Positions 1 through 13,600 of a DNA stretch of 64,000 nucleotides are shown here, one piece after another. Position 1 is the first letter of the stretch, and each line of letters begins with the position of its first letter. The position numbers and the translations under genes were made by a program. The stretch comes from Malacoraja senta (Eukaryota): contig JAXLNO010000261.1 in NCBI GenBank assembly GCA_038087875.1, positions 1 through 64,000 on the forward strand, given 5' to 3'. The notes beneath the pieces were generated by a model. It had not been told where the DNA came from and did no database searches. It was given only the letters and a program-made list of their open reading frames with translations.

Positions 1-1585
1 TCACTAGGGCCCTGTACAACTGCAGAAGGACCTCTTTGGTCCTATACTCAACTCCTCTTGTTATGAAGGCCAACATGCCATTTGCTTTCTTCACTGTCTG
101 CTGTACCTGCATGCTTACTTTCAGTAATTGATGAACAAGGACCCCCAAATCGTGTTGTTCCCCTTTTCCCAACTTGACACCATTTAGATAATAATCTGCC
201 TTCCTGTCTTTGCCACCAAAGTGGATAATCTCACATTTATCCACATTAAACTGCATCTGCCATGCATCTGCCCACTCACCCAACTTGTCCAAGTCACCCT
301 GCATCCTCATAGAATCTTACTCACAGTTCACACTGCCACCCAGCATTGTGTCATCTTGCAAATTTGCTAATGTTACTTTTTCCTGTCTGCCAACCAATTT
401 TCTATCCATGTCAGCACTCTACCCCCAATACCATGTGCCCTAATTTTGCCCATTAATCTACTATGTGGGACATTATCAAATGCTTTCTGAAAGTCCGGGT
501 ACACTACATCCACTGGCTCGCCCTTGTCCATTTTCCTAGTTACATACTCAAAAAATTGCAAAGATTAATCAAATATGATTTCAACCGTAAATCCATGCTG
601 ATTCGGACCAATCCTGCTACTGCTATCCAAATGTACTGCTATTTCATCTTTTATAATTGACTCCAGCATCTTCCCCACCACCAATGACAAGCTAACTGGT
701 CTATAATTCCTTGTTTTCTCTCTCCCGCCTTTCTTAAAAAGTGGGATAACATTAGCTACCCTCCAATCCACAGGAACTGATCCTGAATCTATAGAACATT
801 GGAAAATGATCACCAATGCGTCCACAATTTTCAGAGCCACCTCCTTAAGTACCCTGGGATGCAGACCATCAGGCCCTGGGTATTTATCAGTCTTCAGTCC
901 CTTCAGTCTACCCAACACCATTTCCTGCCTAATGTGAATTTCCTTCTGTTCCTCTATCATCCTAGATCCTCTGGCCACTAGTACATCAGGGAGATTGTTT
1001 GTGTCCTCCTTAGTGAAGATGGATCCAAAGTACCTGTTCAACTCATCTGCCATTTCCTTGTTCCCCATAATAAATTCACCGTTTTCAGTCTTCAATGGTC
1101 CAACTGTGGTCTTAACTATTTTTCTCCTCTACACATACCTAAAGAAGCTTTTTCTATCCTCCTTTATATTCTTGGCTAGCTTAGCTTCGTACCTCATGTT
1201 TTCTCCCCGTATTGCCCTTTTAGTTATCTTCTGTTGCTCTTTAAAAGTTACCCAATCCTCAGGTTTCCCGCTCATCTTTGCTATGTTATACTTCTTCTCT
1301 TTTATTTTTATACTGTCCCTGACTTTCCTTGTCAGCCACAGTCACCCCTTACCCCCCTTGGAATCATTCTTCCTCTTTGGAATGAACTGATCCAGCACCT
1401 TCTGTATTATTCCCTGAAATACCTGCCATTGTTGTTCCACTGTCATCCCTGCTAAGGTATCTTTCCGGTCAACTTTGGCCAGTTCCTCCCTCATGGCTCC
1501 ATAGTCCTCTTTGTTCAACTGTAATACTGATGCCTCTGATTTACCCTTCTCCCTCTCAAATTGTAGTTTGTTTAAAACTTATCAT
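1..1585 (-). mobile_element. CR1-clade LINE, ORF2 (RT) fragment, decayed, with an internal deletion near 380
   Basis: Minus ORFs 565..1095 ([34 protein letters not shown]) and 373..561 (DFQKAFD) are CR1 RT motifs. The VPQGSVLGP segment is missing at the ~380 junction. Confidence 0.9.
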
Positions 1586-1884
1586 ATCTATCTTTCCCTC
1601 TAAACCCCATTCTCCTGCCTTCTCCCCGTAACCCCTGACACCCTTTACTAATCAAGAATCGATCTCTCTCTATCTTAAAAATATCCATTTACGGTTTCCG
1701 GTGGCGCCATGTTACACTAACAGATGCACACCTAGCTCTGCTCCCGAAAGATTAGCGATTTTTCGCGTTAAAACGGGTCTACAGGTCGGGACCGATTAAA
1801 AAACCTTACCGGAGCATCTGGTCGCCGCGCTGATGACGTCATCAGTAAGCGCGATGATTTAAACGGTGGTTTAAGGACTTTTAA

Positions 1885-2952
1885 ATGAAAAGACTGTCTC
1901 CAGCTCAGAGTCCTCAGAGAACAGTTAAAAAACAGCTGCTGAAAAGCCTGAAGAATCCTGAAGAAGTTACCTCTGAAGTTCCTGAAGTGGCTGCAGAAAT
2001 GGCTACAAGATCTAAGACAGATCTGGCTAAGGATAAAGAATTTGAGGATTTGAAGAAATCAGTGAGAGATATGAAAGATGAAATTTTGGATGAAAATAAA
2101 ATTTTGATGGGAAAAATGATGGAAAAAATCGAAAAGATGATGAGGGTTTCGAGTGCTGGTAATCAGAAGGTTATCAATTCACTTGGTACTATAAATAAAC
2201 GAATTGATGTTGTGAAAGGTGAACTATCGGGGAGAATTGATAAGGTGGAAGAAGCTACTATGGACAGGTTCACGGCTGTGCTTGAAACATTGGCTGCAAG
2301 TATGGCTACAATCATGGAAATGGAGAAAAATATGGCTCGAATGGCTGAAGACATGGTGAAAATGAGGCAAGAACATGATCAAATGAAGCAAGAACATGAT
2401 CAAACTTCAGGACAGATGGCGACTCAACTGGGGAAAGTTGCAGACAAATGCCTGGACCTGGAAGCTCGTTCTAGACGCCAGAATTTAAGAATTCTTGGAG
2501 TCTCAGAGGGAGCTGAGGGAAGGGACATTCGTGAGTTTGCTATGGGATTACTCAAACAACTGCTTAATCTCCCCAAAGAACCGAAAATTGAAGTGGCACA
2601 CCGAGTACCGAGATTTAAACCAAGATCTCAAGCAAGACCAGACCACCCACGACAGATTATTGTGAAATTTCGGGACATTTCAGAACTGGAAGAGGTGATG
2701 AGTAAAATCAAATATGGAATGCAACTGAGGCTTGATAACGACACTATCAAAATATTCAGGGACTATCCGTATGAAATTGTGTAAAAGAGAAATCAGTTCG
2801 CAAAGGCAAAAGAAATTTTAAGGGGTATTCAAGATGTTAGATACGGTGTCTTTTATCCTGCTAAGATGCGCATTACTTATGGGGGACGTGAGAGATCTTT
2901 TGTAAACCCGGAGGATGCGTACAGATACGCCCAGAGCATCGTGGAAAAGTAG
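1885..2952 (+). pseudogene. L1 ORF1p (coiled coil, RRM, CTD) with a premature stop at 2782-2784
   Basis: Motifs DLEARSRRQNLRILGV, EVAHRVP, IIVKF, IFRDY. TAA replaces the CAA seen in copy C; the frame continues to TAG at 2950-2952. Confidence 0.9.
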
Positions 2953-3624
2953 CGGGAATACATGGAGGATATGGACAAACTTTTTTATTAGAATTCCACA
3001 GTTAATGGAGGATCTGCGGCTAAGAATCAGTTCTTGTAGGGTTTAAAAAAAACTTATTTGAAGAATCCTCCAAGCTTAGGATGGCTAGTCTTGTTATCTG
3101 TGGAATTTTAACTCAAGGACATTCTGTGTTCCAAACAAAGCAAACAGCCGAGCTGAAGCGAGTGGACTATACCAGAAGCATTAACTGTTTAAGAGATTAA
3201 AATACTAAATCATATTGTAAGAACTAATCCTATTAACAATTTAACAATTTAATAAGCTAACAATATTAAACTAGAAATAGTAACGGACACTAACAAGAAA
3301 AAACAATGAACTAACATAACTAACACAAATCTTTACTAAATCTAAACATTATCTATAACTGGGAGGGGGGGGGAGGAGAAACGAGCACCTGGCTTAGATC
3401 CAGGAGCACGTTTCACGTTAACCCCTTCAACCAACAGTTGATTATTATTGAAGGTAAAATCATTCGTTTAATAATTAGTAATTAGTAGATAAAATTGTTA
3501 TATATATATGATATGTTATAATGAAATATATAGGGTAAATCTGTATTATATATCTGATTGCGAGGCCCCGTCCTATTATGTTATGATTAACCAATGGTGC
3601 GGAGCTATTTGTTTAACATCAACA

Positions 3625-3900
3625 ATGGAAGTCGTTACAAGGTTTTCTCCCACCTACAGGTGGGCCACTTGTTACAGTGTCGACCATTTTAGACACTGTA
3701 TTTTCATTTTTTCAATTAAAAAAAAATTATTATTACCACATCAAGTCACATGTTCGTGTTTTTTATTTAGTGATAAGCGTAAAAGGGATATGCCAACAAA
3801 ACTTAGTAATGCAAAGGTTCCCCCAATACCCAAAGACCTGAGATATGGATGCACCGTAAGATTTAAAGGTATTATAACTATTCAAAATGCAAGATGTTAA
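3625..3900 (+). CDS. Putative 91-aa inter-ORF ORF of L1 copy A, overlapping the ORF2 start
   Basis: ATG in ACAATGG context. Homologous and open in copy C (48432-48692). Stop TAA 3898-3900 lies just after the ORF2 ATG at 3887. Confidence 0.45.
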   Translation: MEVVTRFSPTYRWATCYSVDHFRHCIFIFSIKKKLLLPHQVTCSCFLFSDKRKRDMPTKLSNAKVPPIPKDLRYGCTVRFKGIITIQNARC

Positions 3901-6900
3901 ACAAAAGAACCTAGGAGGTCACATTCTGCAGTTGAAATATAAGAGGTATTAATGAACCTATTAAAAGGGGTAAGATATTAGCTCCGCTGAAATTGTACAA
4001 TACTGACATCATTTTTTTACAAGAAACTCATCTAAAATCCCAGGATCAAGCTAGGTTGAGGGCGAATTGGATAGGTCAAACATATCATTCTTCATATACT
4101 TCGAAATCTAGAGGTACGTCAATCATTATTCAAAAAGGCATACCATTCAAAGCAAAGAATACCATAACAGATAATGAAGGGAGATATTTGATAGTTACCG
4201 GAGAAATTCATGATACTCCAATTACCTTGGTAAATATATACGCGCCTAACTTTGATAATCCTCATTTTTTCAATAAAATTCTGAACATAATCGCAGAATT
4301 TAATTATCAAAATGTTATAATAGGAGGAGACTTTAACTGTGTTTTAGATCTGTATTTAGACAAATCTAGCCAAAAACAGAGAGGTAATACGAAATCTAAA
4401 ACTAGTGAACTCTTAAATACTTATATAAATAATACCAATATAACAGATGTTTGGAGAATTGCTAATCCGACTGGCAGGGAATACTCGTTTTATTCAATGG
4501 TACACAAAACATACTCACGTATAGATTATTTCCTGGTGGATACAAAATTAATCCCTCACACTGTGAACCCATTATACCATACAAATTCGATTTCAGACCA
4601 TTCACCACTAACTTTCTTTTTAAAACTGGAAGGAATGTCTAAGAATAAATCGTTTTGGAGATTCAATTCTCAAATCCTAAAAGATCCGCAAGCGAGTATA
4701 TATTTAAAAAAACAAATGGACGTCTTTTTTGAAATAAATGACACTCCAGATATATCGCATACTTTATTATGGGGATCTTTTAAAGCATTTATTAGAGGTG
4801 TTATAATCTCATACCAAGCTTTTCAAAATAAAAAGAATAAGAATGAACAAAGACAGTTAGAAGAACAAATTAGACAAATGGATATAGATAATGCTAAAGA
4901 TCCATCTATGGATAAACATAATAAAATAATAATTTTGAAATTTAAATTAAATAAACTATTATCAGCCAAACTTATGACTTTTCCAAATTACAAGACAGGA
5001 ACACTTTGAATTTGGGGATAAACCACATAAACTTTTGGCTCATCAGCTAAAAAAACGAGAAAAAGAACATACGATCCAAAAGATTAAATCAGATAGAGGG
5101 GCATTACTAACTTTACCGAATGATATTAATAAAAGATTTGCGCAATTTTATGAGAATTTGTACACATCTAAAACGACAATGGACACCAATAAAATTACAG
5201 AGTTCTTGGATAACTGTAATCTTCCAAAGTTAGAGTTGAAAGAACAAGAGGAATTGGGTGCACAAATTTCAACCAAGGAATTAGAAGACACAATAAATTC
5301 ATTAAAGAATGGAAAAACTCCAGGTCCTGACGGATTTACTAATTAATTTTATAAAAGTTTTTATGACAAAATTATACCACGGTTACAAAAAATGTATCAA
5401 TATGCCTTTAAAGAACAAATATTACCTGATGCATTAGCTGAATCAACGATCACACTAATACTCAAAAAAGATAAAGATATAGAAGAACCGGGTTCATATA
5501 GAGCTATAGCATTGTTAAATACAGATCAAAAAATATTAGCGAAAACATTAGCTAGAAGATTAAGTAAATATATTAGTAAATTAATAAACCCAGATCAGAC
5601 GGGGTTTATCCCTAAGAGATATTCATCTAATAATATGAGATGACTAATCAATATAATGCACTCACATAAAATTGAAGAACAAGAATTATCAATTATTTCG
5701 TTGGATGCTGAAAAAGCATTTGATCAAGTAGAATGGAATTATATGGATAAAGTATTACAAAAATTCCAATTGTGAGAGAATTTTATTTTATGGATTAAAT
5801 TATTATATAATAAGCCCACAGCTAGAATATTAACTAAGAATATATTATCTTCGAAATTCCAACTATCAAGGGGTAATAGACAAGGATGCTCATTATCATC
5901 GCAGTTATTTGCTCTTATAATTGAACCTTTAGCAGAAAAAATTAGAACACATCCAGATATCCATGGCTATAACACTAAATATTCAAAAAATAAAATATTG
6001 TTATACGCGGATGATATATTATTGTACATCACAAAACCTCAAATTACTATACCAAACATACTAAATCTAATTGAGGACTTTGGATCCTTTTCTGGATACA
6101 GAATAAATTGGAATAAAAGTGAAATTATGTCAATAAAACCGAAAGACTCAATACATCTCTTAAAATTCCCTTTTAAAATAGCTACAGAAAAATTTAAATA
6201 CTTGGGTATTGAAATTACCAGAACATATCAAGGCATGTTCAAAGCAAATTATAATCCTCTACTTAATAAATTAAATACATTAATTAAATTTTGGAAAACA
6301 CTTCCGATGTCTTTAATAGGTCGAATAAATGCAATAAAAATGGTTTTTTTACCACAAATTCTATACCTATTTCAATCAATTCCTATATATCTACCAAAGA
6401 AGTTAAAAAATAAATTGGATTCAGACATTACTAATTTTATATGGGATTATAAATCCCATAGAATACAAAGAACACACTTGAACAAAGCTAAAGTATTAGG
6501 GGGCTTAGCACTCCCAAACTTTATGTATTATTATTGGTCAGTAAATATTAAAAATATGATTCAACTGATGGACAACTCTGCGCAGCAAGTGGACTGGATT
6601 GTAATGGAGAGAGGGGACTGCTCCTCTTGTAATATTGGAGCGATCCTCCTCTCACCAATGAAACTGAATAACATAAATTATAACAAAAAAACAATTATAC
6701 ATAGTACAATCAGAACTTGGAAACAAATAAAACAAAATTTAAAATAAAGAAATCTATCGCTTTTATCTCCAATAGTTAATAACCCTTTGTTTAATCCCTC
6801 TATTACAGACAAATCATTCATACAATGGGATAGACTAGGAATTAAAACGTTCGGAGACTTGTATGAAACTGGAAAATTACTATCATTCCAACAATTACAA

Positions 6901-7674
6901 ATCAAATATAAACTGGGAAATAATCAATATTTTAAATATTTTCAAATATGTGACTATTTGAAAAAATATACAAAAGATCATTATAATATCCCAGCAGATG
7001 TACTGGACGAAACAATGCAGATAAAAGCTGAATCAGCAAACTTAATATCGTATTTGTATAATATTATCTTAAATGTAGAAATACCATCTACGGAAGGTAT
7101 TAGAAAAGACTGGGAACAAGAATTAACTATTAAAATTTCAAAGGAAAGGTGGAATGAACAGTTATTAAACGTGCATAAATGCTCGATTAATGTAAGACAC
7201 ACTTTAATACAATTCAAAATTTTACACAGATTATATTATTCAAAAACTAAAATTAATAAAATTTTCCCCAATGTATCATCTATTTGCGATAAATGTCAAT
7301 CTCAAGAAGCTACTATAGCGCACTCATTTGTTTTTTGTACAAAAATTCAAAAATTTTGGATTAAAATTTTTGAAATCTTTACAATATTATTTAAAATAAA
7401 ACTGACACCAAAAGCAGAATGGATTATCTTCGGAACAACGGAAGATAGCCCTGAACTAAATATGTTTCAAAAGAAATTAGTTGATTACGGGTTAATAACT
7501 GGAAAAAAGCTTATCCTAAAATTCTGGAAAAACGCCCCAATACCAACTATAAACATGTGGATTTCAAATATGTTTGAAACATTACACTTAGAAGAGATAA
7601 GACTCCTCCTGGCAGGCAAATCAGATCACTTCCATCTGACGTGGTCTGCATTTATAGAACTATTACAAACATAA
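3887..7674 (+). pseudogene. L1 ORF2p (APE endonuclease + RT), multiple stops and frameshifts
   Basis: Fragments 3993..5009 (LQETH, NIYAPN, GGDFN, SRIDY, SDH), 5035..5643 (PGPDG, YRAIALLN), 5998..6747 (YADD), 6787..7674 (CDKC..H..C). Confidence 0.95.
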
Positions 7675-8252
7675 GGTGCAAAAGTACTTTAAAAAGTACC
7701 GATGTCAGGTAAAGGGGGATGAAAGGTGGTGAGTTCGTATACCCCACTTGCGAGATGCTCATAATAAAGTAATTGTGCTTCTCTTTTCTCTTCTTTCTCT
7801 TTTTTTTCTTCTTTAGGGTCTATCTCTTAATCTTTTCTTTCCAATCTCTTTTCTACAGGGTCTCTGTTCTTTCCTGTTGACACGTTTTTACACTTTCACT
7901 ATTTTCCCTCACTTTCTCTTCTTTCTTAATTTCAACCTTCTCTCTTTATTATTTTTTTTAAATGATGGAGTACATTAATTGTAATAAGATATACGTGATG
8001 AGTACTAATGTAATTTGTTGTAATGTAATGTACTTGTAATAAATAAAATTATTTAAAAAATATATATATATATACATTTACCTGGCCTCCACGGCCTTCT
8101 GTTGCAATGAATTCCACAGATTCACCACCCACTGACTGAATACATTCCTTCTCATCTCTTTCCTAAAGGAACATCCTTTAATTCTGAGGCTATGACCTCT
8201 GGTCCTAGACTCTCCCATCAGTGGAAATATCCTCCACATCCACTCTATCCAG

Positions 8253-8742
8253 GTCGAGAGGGAAATGGGGCAAACACAGGCAGGTGGGACTAGATTAGAT
8301 GGGGCATGTTGATCGGCATGGGTAAGTTGGGCTGACGGGCTTGTTTCCATGTGGTGTGTCTCTACGACTCTACAGGACATCCCATTATTAGAATGCAATG
8401 ACACGTTTTGTATCGTTATTGCAGCTGGGACCTTTGCAGTTGGGCTTTCTGGGATATCTAAAATAAGAAAAGCAGAAGTGTAAGAATCCAATGAGAAAAA
8501 GTGTCAGGTAAAAGGAGAGTTTAAACCAGGGTCATAAAGTCATACAGCCTGGAAACAGTCCCTTTGGCTCAACTCATCTATGCTGACCAAGATGCCCCAT
8601 CTATGCTACTCCCATTTGCCAGCATTTGGTCCATATCCCTCTAAACTTTTCCTATCCATGTACCTGTTCAAGTGTCTATCAAATGCTGTTACATTATCTG
8701 CTTCAACTACCTTGTTCCATATACCCACCACCCTCTGAGTGA
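8253..8742. mobile_element. Two HER1/CR1-type 3' tail fragments (8253-8372 +, 8531-8742 -)
   Basis: Tail text 'gcaggtgggactag..gggc..gtttcc..gactcta' and its reverse complement, shared with 21030-21362 and 53412-53752. Confidence 0.7.
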
Positions 8743-9935
8743 ATTGTAAAATCTAGAAAAAAAATTAAATGGAGGGAAATAGGATTGAGGATGATTAGAT
8801 ATGGTAACATTGCAATTATCAACAATCCCTGTTTATTTGTTAATCATTGTCACTATGGCAGCCAAATATATGGTAGAAAGATACCCATTCCTCAATATAA
8901 TTAAATCTGTAAGGCGCAGTCTGTTACTGACTGGATTGTACTGTTTCCCTTGGTAAAGGGAAGGAAGAGTGCACTTGAACTGCTGCAAGCCTGGGTAATG
9001 TGACTGTCATTGTTGAATAGCTGGAAAGCATACCAAGTGTGAGATATCTACATGGGCACCAAAGTCTTCTTTGTCCAATAAGTTCTGTTCCTAATTCTAC
9101 ACATGCCATTGATTCAAGCATTAGTGCTACCACATAGTGTGATATTGCACCATAACTAATCCAGGCAAGTGGAGAGTGTTCCATCACACCACTGATTGAG
9201 CATTGTAGATGTGGACAAGCTTTGGGGGGGGTAAGAGGTGAGTTATTCACCACAGGATTCTCTGTCTCTGACCTGCTCTTTTATTGCTTCTCTAGTTTCT
9301 TGTGAAGGCAGAGAACAGGATAATGTGTGAAGGCAGAGAACAGGAGTAGCATTTAGACAGTCTTTTACAATTCTGCATGTATTGTGTTCTCAATGTGCCT
9401 GTTGTAACTTGAGGTGAATTAGACAAACTCAGCCACAGAGAACCAAGGAGATAAGACCGTAAAGTGTAGGGAAGATACATTTTCTACTCATTTGGAATCT
9501 GCAAGTTTTTCTGGTGACTTTTTCTGTAGTATTATATATGTCCTTTTTGTAATCATACATGGCCTTGTTTATCCCTGAGCACTCATATTGTTTCTGTTGT
9601 TCAAAAAGTAATAAATGTGTGAGGGTGTATTGGACCTTACGAATGTTAGTGAAGGGTATAATCTTATTAAGATTGTTATTCGGTATGATGCAATCAGCAG
9701 CATGAATGCGGTTGTGCAGTTTTAGGAAGATGGGATTTGCTGCTATTTTCATTAACCTTGATAATGAATGCAATGTCATGTCATAAGGTCATAAGTGATA
9801 GGAGTAGAATTAGGCCTTGGCCCATCAAGTCTTCTTCACCATTCAATCATGGCTGATCTATCTCTCCATCCTAATCCCATTCTCCTGCCTTCTCCCCATA
9901 ACCTCTGACACCTGTACTAATCAAGAATCTATCTA

Positions 9936-12872
9936 ATTTCACATAATTGTACAAGGGGTAAGAATGTTGTAAAAACAAGGCTTTGTGTCTCAATGCAAGG
10001 AGCATTCGTAATAAGGTGGACGAGTTGAATGTGCAGATAGATATTAATGAATATGATATAGTTGGGATCACGGAGACATGGCTCCAGGGTGACCAAGGCT
10101 GGGAGCTGAACATCCAGGGATATTCAATATTCAGGAGGGATAGACAGAAAGGAAAAGGAGGTGGGGTAGCGTTGCTGGTTAGAGAGGTGATTAATGCAAT
10201 AGAAAGGAAGGACATTAGCTTGGAGGATGTTGAATAGATATGGGTAGAGCTGCGAAACACTAAGGGGCAGAAAACGCTAGTGGGAGTTGTGTACAGGCCA
10301 CCTAACAGTAGTAGTGAAGTTGGGGATGGCATCAAACTGGAAATTAGAAATTGCGTGCAACAAAGGTAAAACAGTTATGATGGGTGACTTCAATCTACAT
10401 ATAGATTGGGTGAATCAAATTGGCAGGGGTGCTGAGGAAGAGGATTTCTTGGAATGTATGCGGGATAGTTTTCTAAACCAACATGTAGAGGAACCAATGA
10501 GAGAGCAGGCTGTTCTAGACTGGGTATTGAGTAATGAGGAAGGGTTAGTTAGCAGTCTTGTTGTGCGTGGCCCCTTGGGCAAGAGTGACCATAATATGGT
10601 TGAGTTCTTCATTAGGATGGAGAGTGACATTGTTAATTCAGAAACAAGGGTCCTGAACTTAAAGAAAGGTAACTTTGAGGGTATGAAAGGTGAATTGGCC
10701 AAGATAGACTGGCAATTGAATCTTAAAGGGTTGACGGTGGATATGCAATGGAAGGCATTTAAAGACTGCATGGATGAACTACAACAATTGTTCATCCCAG
10801 TTTGGCAAAAGAATAAATCAGGGAAGGTAGTGCATCCGTGGATAACAAGGGAAATCAGGGATAGTATCAAAACAAAAGATGAAGCATACAAATTAGCCAG
10901 AAAAAGCAGCCTACCAGGGGACTGGGAGTCCAGCAGAGGAGGACAAAGGGCTTAATTAGGAAAGGGAAAATAGATTATGAAAGAAAACTGGCAGGGAACA
11001 TAAAAACTGACTGCATACTTTTTTATAGATTTGTGAAGAGAAAAATATTAATTAAAACAAATGTAGGTCCCTTGCAGTCAGAAACAGGTGAATGATCATG
11101 GGGAACAAGGACATGGCAGACCAATTGAATAACTACTTTGGTTCTGTCTTCACTAAGGAAGACATAAATAATCTGCTGGAAATAGCAGGGGACCGGGGGT
11201 CAATGAGATGGAGGAACTGAGTGAAATCCAGGTTAGCCGGGGAGAGGTGTAAGGGAAATTTAATGGATTAAAGGCCGAAAAATCCCCAGGCCAGATAAGT
11301 TGCATCCCAGAGTACTTAAGGAAGTAGCCCAGAAATAGTGGATGCATTAGTGATAATTTTTCAAAACTCTTTAGATTCTGGAGTAGTTCCTGAGGATTGG
11401 AGGGTAGCTAATGTAACCCCACTTTTTAAAAAGGGAGGGAGAGAGAAAACGGGGAATTACAGACCAGTTAGTCTAACATCGGTAGTGGGGAAAATGCTAG
11501 AGTCAGTTATTAAAGATGGGATAGCAGCACATTTGGAAAGTGGTGAATTTATTGGACAAAGTCAGCATGGATTTATGAAAGGTAAATCATGTCTGACGAA
11601 TCTTATAGAATTTTTCGAGGATGTAACTAGTAGAGTGGATAAGGGGAAAACCAGTGGATGTATTATATCTGGACTTTCAGAAGGCTTTCGACAACTTAAA
11701 GCACACGGTATTGGGGGTTCAGTATTGATGTGGATAGAGAACTGGCTGGCAGACAGGAAGCAAAGAGTAGTAGTAAACGGGTCCTTTTCAGAATGGCAGG
11801 CAGTGACTAGTGGGGTACCGCAAGGCTCAGTGCTGGGACCCCAGCTATTTACAATATATATTAATGAGCTGGATGAGGGAATTGAATGCAACATCTCCAA
11901 GTTTGCAGATGACACAAAGCTGGGGGGCAGTGTAGCTGGGGGGCAGTGTTAGCTGGGGGGCAGTGGTTAGCTGTGAGGAGGATGCTAGGAGGCTGCAAGG
12001 TGACTTGGATAGGTTGGGTGAGTGGGCAAAGGCATGGCAGATGCTGTATAATGTGGATAAATGTGAGGTTATCCACTTTGGTGGCAAAAACAGGAAAGTA
12101 GACTATTATCTAAATGGTGGCCGATTAGGAAAAGGGGAGATGCAACGAGACCTGGGTGTCATGGTACACCAGTCATTGACAGTAGGCCTGCAGGTGCAGC
12201 AGGCAGTGAAGAAAGCGAATGGTATGTTAGCATTCGTAGCAAAAGGATTTGAGTATAAGAGCAGAGAGGTTCTACTGCAGTTGTACAGGGTCTTGGTGAG
12301 ACCACACCTGGAGTATTGCGTACAGTTTTGGTCTCCTAATCTGAGGAAAGACATTCTTGCCATAGAGGGAGTACAGAGAAGGTTCACCAGACTGATTCTG
12401 GGATGTCAGGACTTTCATATGAATAAAGACTGGATAGACTCGGCTTGTACTCGCTAGAATTTAGAAGATTGAGGGGGGATCTTATAGAAACTTACAAAAT
12501 TCTTAAGGGGTTGGACAGGCTAGATGCAGGAAGATTATTCCTGATGTTGGGGAAGTCCAGAACAAGTGGCCACAGTTTAAGGATAAGGGGGAAGTCTTTT
12601 AGGACCGAGATGAGAAAATCATTTTTTACACAGAGAGTGGTGAATCTGTGGAATTCTCTGCCACAGAAGGTAGTGAGGCCAGTTCATTGGCTATATTTAA
12701 TAGGGAGTTAGATGTGGCCCTTGTGGCTAAAGGGATCAGGGGGTATGGAGAGAAGGCAGGTACAGGATACTGAGTTGGATGATCAGCCATGATCATATTG
12801 AATGGCGGTGCAGGCTCGAAGGGCCGAATGGCCTACTCCTGTACCTATTTTCTATGTTTCTATGTTTCTATG
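9936..12872 (+). mobile_element. CR1 LINE, 5'-truncated ~2.9 kb (EN+RT, decayed), inserted into an older antisense CR1 3' fragment (9787-9935 plus 12873-12931)
   Basis: ORFs 9983..12711 with [42 protein letters not shown]. 3' tail (TTTCTATG)n at ~12850-12872. Host fragment resumes after the tail. Confidence 0.93.
11918..11975 (+). repeat. Tandem triplication of a ~17-nt unit (agctggggggcagtgt[t]) inside CR1 RT
   Basis: Three consecutive copies; single copy in the paralogue at ~18375-18395. Confidence 0.9.
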
Positions 12873-13600
12873 TATCTGTCTTTGTCTTAAAAATATCCAC
12901 TGACTTGGCCTCCACAGACGTTCTGTGGCAAAAAATGTCCTTAGCTTCTTCCTACACAAGGTCAAAAATATCGTTAAACTTTAAACTTTAACCATGAACT
13001 TGGTGCATCAATTCAGGCATTCATCCCTCTATCAACTTCATTCAACTGTGTCTTCGCCTTGATAGCTCCAAGGGCATGTCTTTTCTTGTGCCAACCGCTT
13101 ATTTAATAGTTACACTCAATGTCCTAGATACGGGGTGCCTGCTCTCCTGTCTGGCTTGTTGTGGCTAATCTGAGTAGTTCCTGAGCTCTCCAACGTTCTC
13201 CTTCAGCAGTTGTAGTCAGATCTCTCTTTCGAGAGACACTCGAGCAGCTATAATCACAGCAGTTCCCTTTCAGCTTTTGAGAGAGACTTGAAATTACTCA
13301 CTTTTATCACGCACAAATGCAATAACACCCCCATAAACATACAAATCATTGCAGAAGACGCAGACATGAATTTCTTCAGCTAAATATATTGGGATCAATT
13401 ATCAGAGCACTACTTTAGTGCATAAATTCCAGTGCAAATTTATTTCTGCCCCAATATCTGGACTAATTTCAGAAATAACAAGATGAAAAGTACACAATAA
13501 AATTTCTAATTAACTAATGGATTCCAACAAAGTTAACTATGTAGTGTTACAAACCCCACTCCCCAGACACCAACACCATCCCTTTATCAAGAGTTCAGAA

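Larger units (their letters stand above)
1693..8060 (+). mobile_element. Full-length L1 LINE, copy A (decayed)
   Basis: CpG-rich 5'UTR starting ggtttccggtggcg, homologous to 46650. ORF1, ~930 bp spacer, ORF2 (EN/RT/C-terminal Cys motif), pyrimidine-rich 3'UTR, AATAAA and A tail. Degenerate TSD (aaaaatatccatttac / aaaaaatatata..tacatttac) at a TT/AAAA site. Confidence 0.95.
1588..8240 (-). mobile_element. Old CR1 3' fragment (1588-1692 plus ~8070-8240) split by the L1 insertion
   Basis: 'tcttaaaaatatccatttac' stops at 1692 and resumes as 'catttacctggcctccacggccttctg' at ~8075. The same text runs uninterrupted at 12885-12930. Confidence 0.8.

Noticed and set aside
13302..13385. Possible minus-strand exon encoding a kelch-like 'HVCVFCNDLYVYGG' before a GTGAGT donor
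   Set aside because: Too short, weak acceptor, no partner exons; compatible with chance.
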